Part shown: one piece after another, positions 42,601 through 54,600 of the stretch
How positions within the stretch are numbered: the first letter of the stretch is position 1
How the letters are laid out: every line of letters begins with the position of its first letter
NCBI GenBank assembly: GCA_040954595.2
Contig: CM082582.2
Location: 12,930,227 to 12,994,226 of the forward strand
Reading direction: 5' to 3'
DNA from: Balanoglossus misakiensis
Taxonomy: Eukaryota; Animalia; Hemichordata
DNA length: 64,000 bases
Program-made: the position numbers and the translations under genes
Notes under the pieces: model-generated
Databases searched by the model: none
The model's input: only the letters and a program-made list of their open reading frames with translations
What the model was told of the DNA's origin: nothing

Positions 42601-45600
42601 CTCATGGCCTTTGTTAATAAATATGCAATATATGTGCATACTGTTTGCCTTGTAGGGCACCAAGTCTGCAACAAAATTCACATGTATTAATGTAACATTT
42701 CCGTGTATTTGGTCAACTCAACAGCTCTCCAGCCACAGTGTGTTGATGAACCTTGTCAAAATGGTGGAGCCTGTGTGCCCGTTCCTGGTTCATGCACTGC
42801 TTTCACTTGCACATGTGCCGCATGCTGGACTGGCGAAGTATGTCAGATACGTAAGTAGAAATAAATATAGTTGATGAATCTGCAGATGTCATACTAATGG
42901 ATCAACAGTAATGATCATCTATTTCTGTCTTGCATTGTGTACACTTCGTGTATAATTAAAACTCCCATTTTACAAAGTAGATATAACATAATATCAACTG
43001 CACATGAGACGGTAACTTTGATCTGCGGCCGACAAAGCATCACAGTGGTGACAGCTCCACGTCGATTTAATATTGCGTCAAATTGGTTCATACAAAATGC
43101 AAAGACAAAAAGACAGTGATTCATGACATAGACTATAAGGATTAGAACACATCTGGGACATTGAAATTTATGTCAAAATCTGATACTAACCCTTAAATCG
43201 CGGCTTTAATGAAGCACAAAATAAACTTGCCGCAAACAGATTATTCCGTCCAGTTTTTGCTCGACATCCAGTCCAGTTTCCACAGTACATGTAGACAGAC
43301 AGGTTTTTAACACATGTATGACGTCCATGGGAGTGGGCAGGACTGAAAAAATCGTTCAGGTTGAAAAGTGTTTTAAACCTAGTTTAATTCCTGTCAGACT
43401 TGTGTGTTTCATTTGTGTTCTAAACATGTACAGAAAGTATTTTAGTAAACATGTGTGAAACGTAAGTGTTTACTTGTTTTAAACCATATTGTTTTCAACA
43501 CTTTTGGAAGTTTGTTAACATACTCGGAGGAGAGAGGGGATATATCAGGACGGCAGGCCATACACATATTGAATGTTTGTTTCCACTGAAGCATATAAAG
43601 TATGCAACAGAAAAGGGAAATTTTCCTGCATGCTTTTTTAAAAGTCAAAAGCGCAGCTTTTTAACTTGATGAATTTTACATGTACAGTAAATACCTGCCG
43701 GAACCAAACCACGTAAAAAACTGCAATTTCAATCATACTAATTGCTACTCTATAACAGGTCAAATGGATCAATGTTTGGCAAATCCATGTCAGAATGGCG
43801 GTGTCTGTACTCCAGTGGAGGGTTCCTGTGTTGCCTACACCTGTGCCTGTCCAGCCTGTTATGCCGGTCCATTGTGTCAATTCTGTAAGTTTACAATTGT
43901 TATTTCTAATGATCATATTGTATAAAGTGTCTGTGTCACCATGTGTGTGCATTCATGCATCAACATGTCACCATAATGTACAATGTACATATCTGTGTGT
44001 AATCCATCTTTTGAATGTAGCAATTATAAAATTGTATCTCATCATCATTCCTATGATGACAGATTTGCTTTTGCCACTTTTCTGACTTAAATGTAATATA
44101 GGTCCAGAAACTATAAATAAAACATCATTCAACTTTTACATGCGATGATATTTTTTGCTCTAACTTTAATTACTTTTACCTCTTCAGTCTTGCAGACACA
44201 GTGTCTGTCATTGCCATGTCTGAATGGAGGGGCATGTGTTCCAGTGGCTGGTAGTTGTACTGCATTCTCCTGCACTTGTACCAGTTGTTTCTCTGGAACC
44301 AATTGTGAGATAGGTGAGTCAGTTGTTTTATGATGTAATCAATCACAGAATTCTACTCTACACCCAGAATTATATCGTCGACTTGTATTCGTTTATGAAT
44401 TCGGATGATTTGATAGACTTTTCAATTTCTCTTTATTACATAGCTGTCAACAACGCATGTGTGAACAATCCATGCCAAAACTCGGGTGTGTGTAGACCAT
44501 CTTCTGGATCGTGTGTTGCCTACAACTGCGAATGTCCAAGTTGTTACTATGGCGGTCACTGTCAATTCTGTGAGTACAAGTTTTTATTTCAGGAGGCAAA
44601 GATGTTCTAGTATTCCTTTGAAGTGTAAAAAGTTTGTTGTGAGGTTTCATCTAAATGTAAAACTATTGATGTTTTGTATTGTATGGTATGTGTTGATATA
44701 GAATAGCCTGAAATTTACTTTTTATGTGGTTGTTGAATGCTCCCAACATGGATGTGGCATTCTTTAGAGTGTGATCCTTCTTTCATTTTTTGTCTAAACA
44801 TTGTTTTTTTTTTCTTGCTGAATTTGTTGCAGTTGTTGCACAGCAGTGTCAACAGAATCCTTGCCAGAATGGTGGTGTGTGTATTGCTGTACCCGGTTCC
44901 TGTAATGACTATACATGCCGATGTAGTGGATGCTATACTGGACCAAACTGTCAAACATGTAAGAAGATTAACTAAACCCTGTTTATCCCAGAACAATATA
45001 TATACTGTTGTGTGTGTTTGGCGTAAGTGCTAGCTTTCAGAGAAGTCAAATTTTATGGGAATCCAACTGTGGTCACAACAGCCATTTACACTAAGTTCTG
45101 TTCTCGGCATCAATGACTTAACTTCCTGATCTAGTTCTCTGCTAATATATTATAAAGGAAAATGGAATGTGTTACCAGTAATTTATGGACAGGTTTCCAT
45201 AACTTGAGCATCTGTTGACTGTTTCTTTTCAACCACAGATAGCCAGAATGCCTGTACTAACAACCCTTGTCAGAATGGTGGGGCGTGCATTCCGAGTTCC
45301 ACCAACTGTCAAGTCTACACATGTCAGTGCCAACAATGCTATCGAGGATACGATTGCCAGTTCTGTAAGTACATATGTCCTTTTCCATTTTTATTAATCC
45401 TTAGAAAATGGTGATGTGTTAAAGGTAAACAGTCACTTCCAATATACCTATGTATGGCTACAATGGTCTTCAAATGTGTTAATTGGTGCACTTATTTTTT
45501 CACGTGTGTCACCCACTGAACATGTGGTTTTTGATGTATCATAATATATGTTATCTGTATTTGTGTAGTGGTGCAAACCCAGTGTGCACAGAACCCGTGC

Positions 45601-48600
45601 CAGAATAATGGAGTATGCATAGCCAGTCCTAACTCATGTACAAGCTTTGTTTGCCAATGCCAAGGGTGCTTTACAGGACCAACCTGTGACACACGTAAGT
45701 AGTATAAAGAGATCTGTTATCAATCTTCTGAAAATTGTAAAACTCAAGATGAATTATCACTGCTTTAATTTAACTGGATGATTTTTGGAGAAAATGACAG
45801 CTACTGCCTCATGGCTTGATTCATGATGTTGTTGTTGTATGTATTCTAGCAACCATAGTTATGGTTATTGTGCAGTCCACATAATTTTCATGTTGTCAAT
45901 CTCTCTGTAGCAATTGCTGATCCATGTGCACCTAACCCTTGTATGAATGGTGGAAACTGCATGCGAAGAGGTTCCTCTTGCACTGACTACGTCTGTTCAT
46001 GTCCGTCATGTTTCACAGGACTGCAGTGTCAGACAGGTCAGTTACAGATAACCTTATCATTTCAAAACATTTGTATCTTGAATCAAACTACTAGATATTA
46101 AGTCCATGCAGTATTGCTACATTCATAGTGATTCCATTCCTAGAAATTGTATATGTTACATTTGATTTGAGGTCCAATTACTGAATTGTGTTCTGAAACT
46201 AGGTTTTCCATGCGTCAAAATACTTTTAAACATTTCTCCTAAATACCATGACAATATTTGTTTCGTATAACGACCATAGAAAAAGAAACATTGATGAACT
46301 GTTATGTTGTTGCTGACATTGTTTTCTCAATTCTGTCTTTTATACCACAGATATTACCTGGATAAATATTCAGTGTCGATAGTATTTTGTATTAGTTTCA
46401 TAATTTTGCATTATAAACTTGCTTCATCTATTGGTAGTATAGTTCGCCACTAATCAAAATTGTATTTGTCATGTTTATCGACATATTGAAAAATTGCCTT
46501 TAAGTTTTATGATTTCACAGCATATTAGTTGCATTTTACTTCAGGTGTCATATTTCCTGCATGTCATGAAAAGACAGACAAAATAATATTGCATTATTTT
46601 ATATTGCTTTTTTCCAGAATAATAGACTCTACCTATGTAAGTAAAGATGGTGACCTGCTTGTAATGCAGTTTCAATTATCTTTTAGATTACAGCGATGAA
46701 GAAGCATATTGGTAATTTAGTGACCAGAATTGAAAATGTTTTCATTTACTTTTGTCTTAACATAATAATTATTTATTTTCATATATAAATTATGTTATAT
46801 GTGAAGCTCAAGGATAATGGTTTATGCCATCGCTGTTTACATCTAGTCTGATATCTGTCATTCTGATCCTATCTTTCTTGTCTTTTCTCTCATTTCTAAA
46901 TCACTTAGTTCATCACTTCACCATCTGCAAGTATGTGTGTGTGCATGCATGTATATGTTCATTCTGTTTGTATATGTGTATGTGTGGAAATTGAAAGAAA
47001 TACCAGGGACACTTTGGAAAGAAGTGTTTCATTGCTTACCCTGCAGTATCTTCTCTTTCTAGTTATCAATGCCTGTGATAATAACCCATGTCAGAATGGT
47101 GCTGCATGCACTACAGTGACTGGTTCCTGCACCTTCTATACATGCTCTTGCATAGGCTGTTACAGTGGAACAAATTGTGGTACTCGTAAGTCACACATTT
47201 GGGTTTGCTATGCTTTCCTTTTTTATTTTGCTTTATTTTGATATTCTTTGCTTTTTTTTAGTGCAAGGTCCTGCCTTGTAATCGTGCTCAGAAAAAAACT
47301 TCAAAACGATATAAAAATATGATGCTTAATGCTTCTGCCAATGCTGCTTCTGTATTTTTATAGCTATTGCCGATCCTTGCCTTGCTAACCCATGCCAGAA
47401 TGGTGGTATTTGCTCTAGAGTAGCTGGTACTTGCACACAATATTCTTGTAGTTGTCCTGATTGCTTTGTGGGACCAAGCTGCCAGTTTGGTAAGTTGCCT
47501 CCTCTCTTGGAATTGTCTTGTCTATTGCCACCTACTAGTAACTTTTTCCATACTGTCCAGACTAACATCTGTTTGTTATGACCATCATTTCAACTGCGTC
47601 TTCACTTTCCCTCATATATGGTCTATAAGCCCTTATCCTGTCCAGACTCTATGGCACTGTTGGTGATTAACCATTATCCTGTCCGAACTCTATGACACTG
47701 TTGGAGGAAACCTAGAACACCATTTTTGTTATTGTTAACTCTGCCAATACTGGAGATCTCACTCTGTGAATCCAAGACTGATCTTGTTTATCAGGGATTG
47801 TGAAAGTGGAGAGGACAGAAGTCCAGCCAAGAGACAGCTACAAACGTTGACAGCCATGTCATTCATCCTATCAGTTACAGAATTCAGTTCTTGATGTACT
47901 TCCAGAAGTATCACCGAAGGGCAAAACATCGTTAACAATCACAATTTCCTCCACAAATTTTCTTCTTCAGGTGTATCTGGGATCAATGTCTATCTGTCAG
48001 ATGTATCATAAGAATTTCTACTCATCCATCACATGTGATGTGTTTTCCTTTACACGTATTTCAACTCTTATTTTACTTGATGTAACTATCTTTACCTTTT
48101 TTCTTTCTTCTTTTGATGTGTGTAGCACTCACAAATCCCTGTATTAACTCTCCCTGTATGAACGGTGGTGCTTGTTCACAAGTGAGTGGATCCTGCTCAC
48201 AATACCAATGCACATGTACTTCATGTTTCCGTGGTCCTAATTGTGAATCTGGTATGTATTTCTTTGACAAACATAACTGAAAATAGTTCATATGTCAATT
48301 TCTTCATGTACTTTAAATGGACAAAGAGGCATTAAGTGCTGTGGCTAATTTTTGATTGTGCATGTTTGGCAGGAAACCCTCGTTTCCCAATACATGTGAA
48401 GCGCAGTTGGCCACTTATGAATCCCGGTGTTGTGTACACCGAGTTACAAACCTAGTTCTCTTTTGTTGCTATAACATGAATTGTTTGTGACTGAAAAACA
48501 ATCACAGCAAAATGTATGAGCATAAAGTGTGATAAAAGTCACTCACTGCCCTGTTTATGGTGTACATTTCAAAAGTGAACTTGGCTGAAGCTCTTGTCAT

Positions 48601-51600
48601 TTATTTTCAGCAATACCCAGCCCATGTCAACCAAATCCATGTTTGAATAACGGAGCCTGTTCTGTCAGTCCCAATGATTGCTACACTTTCGTCTGTACAT
48701 GTCCATCAGGATACACTGGAAGTCATTGTCATATCAGTAAGTGGAAATAAACATTCAACACACACATTTAATAAATATTAAATGCCAGAATTTCACACCA
48801 AGGGAACCAATAAACAGTTTTCTGTGTAGAAGGATGAACTTTGAAAAAAATGATTGCATGGCTGAAATATGTCTTTGCACATGTTCTGTGGCAGTAACAT
48901 CAATTTATTTCAAATTTACGCACTTAAGCCCAGAGAATACAGCATGTCCAAGACAAAAGTAACACATTTTATTGCAATATCAGTTTACACTGACTGATTT
49001 TTTCCCTTTGTGATACAGCCATCAACGCTTGCACCGGTACTACATGTCTGAATGGTGGTACTTGCATCCCAACACAAACTGGATACTCTTGTCAGTGTGT
49101 GACAGGTTACACAGGAACCAACTGTCAGACCAGTAAGTCACAGTGTTTTTATTTCTTTATCTGTTGTCATCTGAAAGTCATTTGCTATTGGTAGTTTCCT
49201 CTCTGAAAAGAATGGGCAGATAAAAAAATCATGTAAGTTGTACATTGCGAAAATGTTATTTCCTGAATAACTGATCCCCCTCATAAGTGCTTGTGTAAAA
49301 TATCAGCCACACTAAACATCCATTTTTGTGATTTTATTCTTTACAGTTGTGGCAAACCCATGCAACAGCAGTCCATGTCAGAACGGTGGTGCCTGCCAGA
49401 ACTTGCAAACATCATATCAGTGTGTATGTCAACAAAACTACATTGGAACAAACTGTGAAATCTGTAAGTTGAGATGACAACCTCTTGAATATATGTAGTA
49501 ATTGCTATAAGTTTTAAGTCTTGCTGTGAGAGAAACTTAGTGACTGTTAGTGACTACTTTCAGTGTCTTTATAGAGGCACAGTGAAATACACAAATTGAA
49601 ACCATGTTTTATCTTGTTGATAAATTTAATATATGATTGTAGCGACTAGCATGCCGAGAAAAGGTAAATTATCTTTCTCATAAATATGATCAAAGTTTAT
49701 CTGTATTCACCCTATTTTAATCCTTCATGTTTGTGATTATTTATGTCATTTTGTCTGTTCTGTGTTTCCTGCAGACATCTTCAGTCCATGCAGTAGCAAT
49801 CCTTGTATCAATGGTGGAACCTGTCTAAATCTTAACAACGCGTATATCTGCAACTGTCTGCCGCAATTTACAGGCGACAATTGTCAGACTGGTATGTATT
49901 GCTTTAACACTATTGTACACATTTTTCTACAGTACTTGGAGAGGTGTAGTCATTTGCAAAATCAAATATTCTTTATTTAAACTGTCAGTGTTATGTAATA
50001 TATTTTCCAGGTGTCACTCTCAATCCATGTGCTACTAATCCATGTTTAAATGATGGTACTTGTGTTGCAACCAGTACAACATCTTATCGGTGTCAGTGTC
50101 TATCTGGTTATACTGGATCAAACTGTCAAACTGGTATGTGAAAGAAAATATTTACATTGCCACATAAGAAAATTACTTTTACTCTTTAACTTTGTTCATA
50201 CCATGTTATCTTTAACATGTTTTTGTGAGTGAGAAATTACACAAAGTCATCCTAACCACAGTTGTCTCTAATACAACACAATATCACAATCTTCTTTGAT
50301 GGAAATATGACGATAACAAGTGTGCAGTGTTCTGCTAATGTCATTTCTGTGTTTAATTCAGTAATTACCAACCCGTGTGCTAACAATCCATGTTTGAATG
50401 GTGGTAATTGTGTGGTCACTAGCACAAACACTTATCAATGTCAGTGTCCATCTGGTTTTACTGGATCAAACTGTCAAACTGGTACGTGAAAGATGTACAC
50501 TTAAAATTATTCTCAAAATATGTTCATGCTCATTTATATTCACTTCTTCACAGAATGTTAACTTCATTGATTTTCATGTCTAATTTTCACTGCGCTATTA
50601 AAATGAAACATTTAGTACTGTGATATACCGGTACATGTAACCACTATAGTTCTCATGTGTGCTGTGATCTTACGTCTATTTTGTGTTTACTTCAGTTGTA
50701 ACCACCCCGTGTGCTAACAGTCCATGTTTGAATGGTGGTATTTGCACTGCAACTGGCACAAGCACTTATCAATGCGAGTGTCCATCTGGTTACACTGGGT
50801 TGAACTGTCAAACTGGTAAGTGAAAGATGAACACTTAAAATTGTTCTCAAAATATGTTCATGCTCATTTATATACAAACTGTCAAACTGGTAAGCTGTGG
50901 GTGATGTCAAACACCTAAATCAGAATTCTTGTTTTTAATTATCCATGTCTTTCTTATTAATTGAATTCTTATTATTTACTACGACTGTATCAAGCATTCT
51001 TCATTGTGTAACATGCACATTGAACTCTGTTCAGTCTCCCAGTGTCCTATATTACATCTACATTTTGTTATATTTCTGCAACATTGCTGCATTGTAAAAA
51101 TATTGTGGCATTGTTCAACATTATACTGTTACAACATTGGCCAACCACAATACACAGGTCCTGTAGGTATAAACTCTTGATTACACATCAGCTTGTTTAT
51201 TGATATTTTTCCTGTCCACTACACTCCTACCAGTGATCGGTAACCCATGCAGTACCAGTCCTTGCCTCAATGGAGCTACATGTCTCAATATGCAAACCTA
51301 TTACATCTGCATATGTCCATCTGACTACCTTGGTGTCAACTGTCAGACATTAGAAGGTATGTATACCCAAGATTAAACCTCCTTTAGAGTCTGCCGCGCA
51401 TATGTGTTTAGATTTTTGAAGACTTTCACACAGCTTCTTTTAGTGATCTTGTTTCTCTTATCCACAAAGATGGTTGTTGCGGTATGCAAATGGAGAATGG
51501 CAAAAGGTGTGAAAGAACAATGTGAAAACAGTTCTGCTGAAAGTATAGTTTCTGCGAATGTGAATTGAGAAACTATCATTTCTACTTTTCAGTGAATAGT

Positions 51601-54600
51601 CCAACCCTGACTGCTTGCCCGGTCGGCGATAATCCATGTTTAAATGGTGGAACTTGTTACGACTACTATACAAGTTTGAGTGGCAACAATCCAAGCCCTG
51701 TGTATTTCTGTCAGTGTACAAGTGAATATACTGCAAACAACTGTGTTGTAACTGTCAGTAAGTATAGACAGTTATATACATGTAATTATATCATACAACA
51801 TCATTGTAACACCTGAAACACACAGTTTTATTTTCATTTTCGCCGTTCTGATAGCAGTGAATGCTGTGACAAAAGTGGTGCATGTACACATGGAAGTTTT
51901 GCTTAGCTTTGACTTATATATGCAGTTTATTGCAGTACTGTTAGCCTTTTTAACATTGACTTGATCAACTTTCTCTTCACAGCGCAATTCCCTCAGTTTG
52001 ATTACTGTGCATCAGACCCTTGCATGAATGGTGGTGTCTGCTACAATTCATTCATGAGTTCCACCACCCTTATTCTGTATTACTGCAGATGTCAATCTGG
52101 ATGGATAGGCAATAACTGTGAAACAGCCAGTAAGTACATGTACCGGTAAATGCATATTATTAAATAGTACACACGTCCAGTTTGCCTGTCCGCGTGTAGC
52201 AGATATTTCAACACAAGAGCTTAGGTCAACCTACCCTGGCCAGCTGTGGCTATAAAATTCCTGCCAAAAGGACCAGTCTGGGGTATTTTGCACATAACCC
52301 TAGGAGATTTGAAATAACTCCGGGCAGTTAGCTCATTTGAGCAAGTTGTATCTAGAAATAAATTGTCATAGATCTTGGACCAAAATATTTTTGTCAGACA
52401 ATGTTTAGCATGTTGCTGATGGTCAATTCATAAACTAATGAATATAATCCCTGTACTGCTTAAACCTCAGAGGAATGGTTGCAGGTTTTTTTTCTATCAT
52501 TTACCACTAATCAAAAAGTCATTCTCATTGTAAGGTTGTGTTGTTATTAAGTCTAAAGAAATGGTTATTTTATTTTCCATCAGCTGCCAACCCATGTGTT
52601 AACAGTCCATGTTTGAATGGTGGTATTTGCGTTCCAACCAGTACATCATCTTATCAATGTCAGTGTCAATCTGGTTATACTGGGACAAACTGTCAGACTG
52701 GTAAGTGAAAGATGAACACTTAAAATTGTCCTAAAAACATGTTCATACTCATTTATAATCACTTCTTCACAGAATGTTAACTTAATTGATTTTTTGTGTA
52801 TAATTTTCACTGCTCTAATAAAATGAAACATTAAGTACTGTGATATACATGTAACCACTATAGTTCTCATGTGTGCTGTGATCTTATGTCAATTTTTGTG
52901 TTTACTTCAGTTGTAACCAACCCGTGTTCTAACAATCCATGTTTGAATGGTGGTAATTGTGTGGTCACTAGCACAAACACTTATCAATGCCAGTGTCCAT
53001 CTGGTTACACTGGATCAAACTGTCAAACTGGTAAGCTGAGAGTCACAGTCCAATACCCAAATCATATAAGCAACTTGAATTTCTGTTTCGGACTATGTAT
53101 CTAGTATCTTAATTTTAAATGGTGGCCATCATCAGAATTTAAGCTGTGATACATTCCTTAAATGTATTTCAAACATAATTTTACTATTAATGTAATAAGT
53201 TGAAATACATTCAAATTGTAACTAAATGTGATATATGTGAATAATAGCTCGTTTAATAGACAAAATCGTGTTCACTTTGTCCAGTTGTCTCGTTATCCTC
53301 ACCATACAACTGAATTTTTCTTCTCACTATTCCAAATGACATGAACTGTATGTAAGTCGAACAAGACCTGTCTCTGATATAACACAGTATCACAATCACG
53401 ACATGTGACAATAACAAGTGTGCCGTGTTTTTCTAACATTTCTGTATTCATCCAGTATCCAACCCGTGTGTTAACAGTCCATGTTTGAATGGTGGTACTT
53501 GCGTTCCAACCAGTACATCATCTTATCAATGCCAGTGTCTATCTGGTTATACTGGGTCGAACTGTCAAACTGGTAAGTGAAAGATAAACACTTAAAATTG
53601 TTCTCAAAATATGTTCATACTCATTTATATACACTTCTTCACAGAATGTTAACTTCATTGATATTTCTGTCTAATTTTCACTGCTCTATTAAAATGAAAC
53701 ATTTAGTACTGTGATATAACCACTATAGTTCTCACGTGTGCTGTGATCTTGTCAATTCTGTGTTTACTTTAGTTGTAACCAGCCCGTGTGCTAACAGTCC
53801 ATGTTTGAATGGTGGTAATTGTGTGGTCACTAGCACAAACACTTATCAATGTCAGTGTCTATCTGGTTACACCGGATCAAACTGTCAAACTGGTAAGCTA
53901 TGGCTGTCAAACACCTAAATCAAAATAACAACTTGAATTCTTGTTTTTGACTATGACTGTAGCAAGCATTCTTCATTGTGTAGCATGCACATTATAGTCT
54001 GTTTAATTTCCCAGTGTTCTAAGCCTATTTTACTTAAAATGGTGGCTATCATCGAAAGGACAACTGTGCCATCTTCCTGTCTGTTAAAATATATTTCAAT
54101 AGAATAAATTCAAACTGAAATAAATAAAACTATATTACTCTTGCAGTGGGCAGCTGAATAAACTTGTGTGGCACCCATATATTATTGAACTTGTTATATG
54201 GTATTACTATAATTTATTCTGTTAGGTTAGTACTGATATCATTGACTATGTGCTGTTAATTTATATTTCTTTTTTTTTCCTGTCCACTACACTCCTACCA
54301 GTGATCGGTAACCCATGCAGTACCAGTCCTTGCCTCAATGGAGCTACATGTCTCAATATGCAAACCTATTACATCTGCATATGTCCATCTGACTACCTTG
54401 GTGTCAACTGTCAAACATTAGAAGGTATGTATACCCAAGGTTAAACCTCCTTTAGAGTCTGCCGCGCATATGTGTTTAGATTTTTTGAAGACTTTCACAC
54501 AGCTTCTTTTAGTCATCTTGTTTCTCGTATCCACAAAGATGGTTGTTGCGGTATGCAAATGGAGAATGGCAAAAGGTGTGAAAGAACAATGTGAAAACAG

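Noticed and set aside
42900-43720. CpG-richer intron segment that may be a transposon fragment (similar patch at about 9560-9830)
   Set aside because: No clear TIR/TSD pair, second copy or transposase-like ORF could be established by eye.
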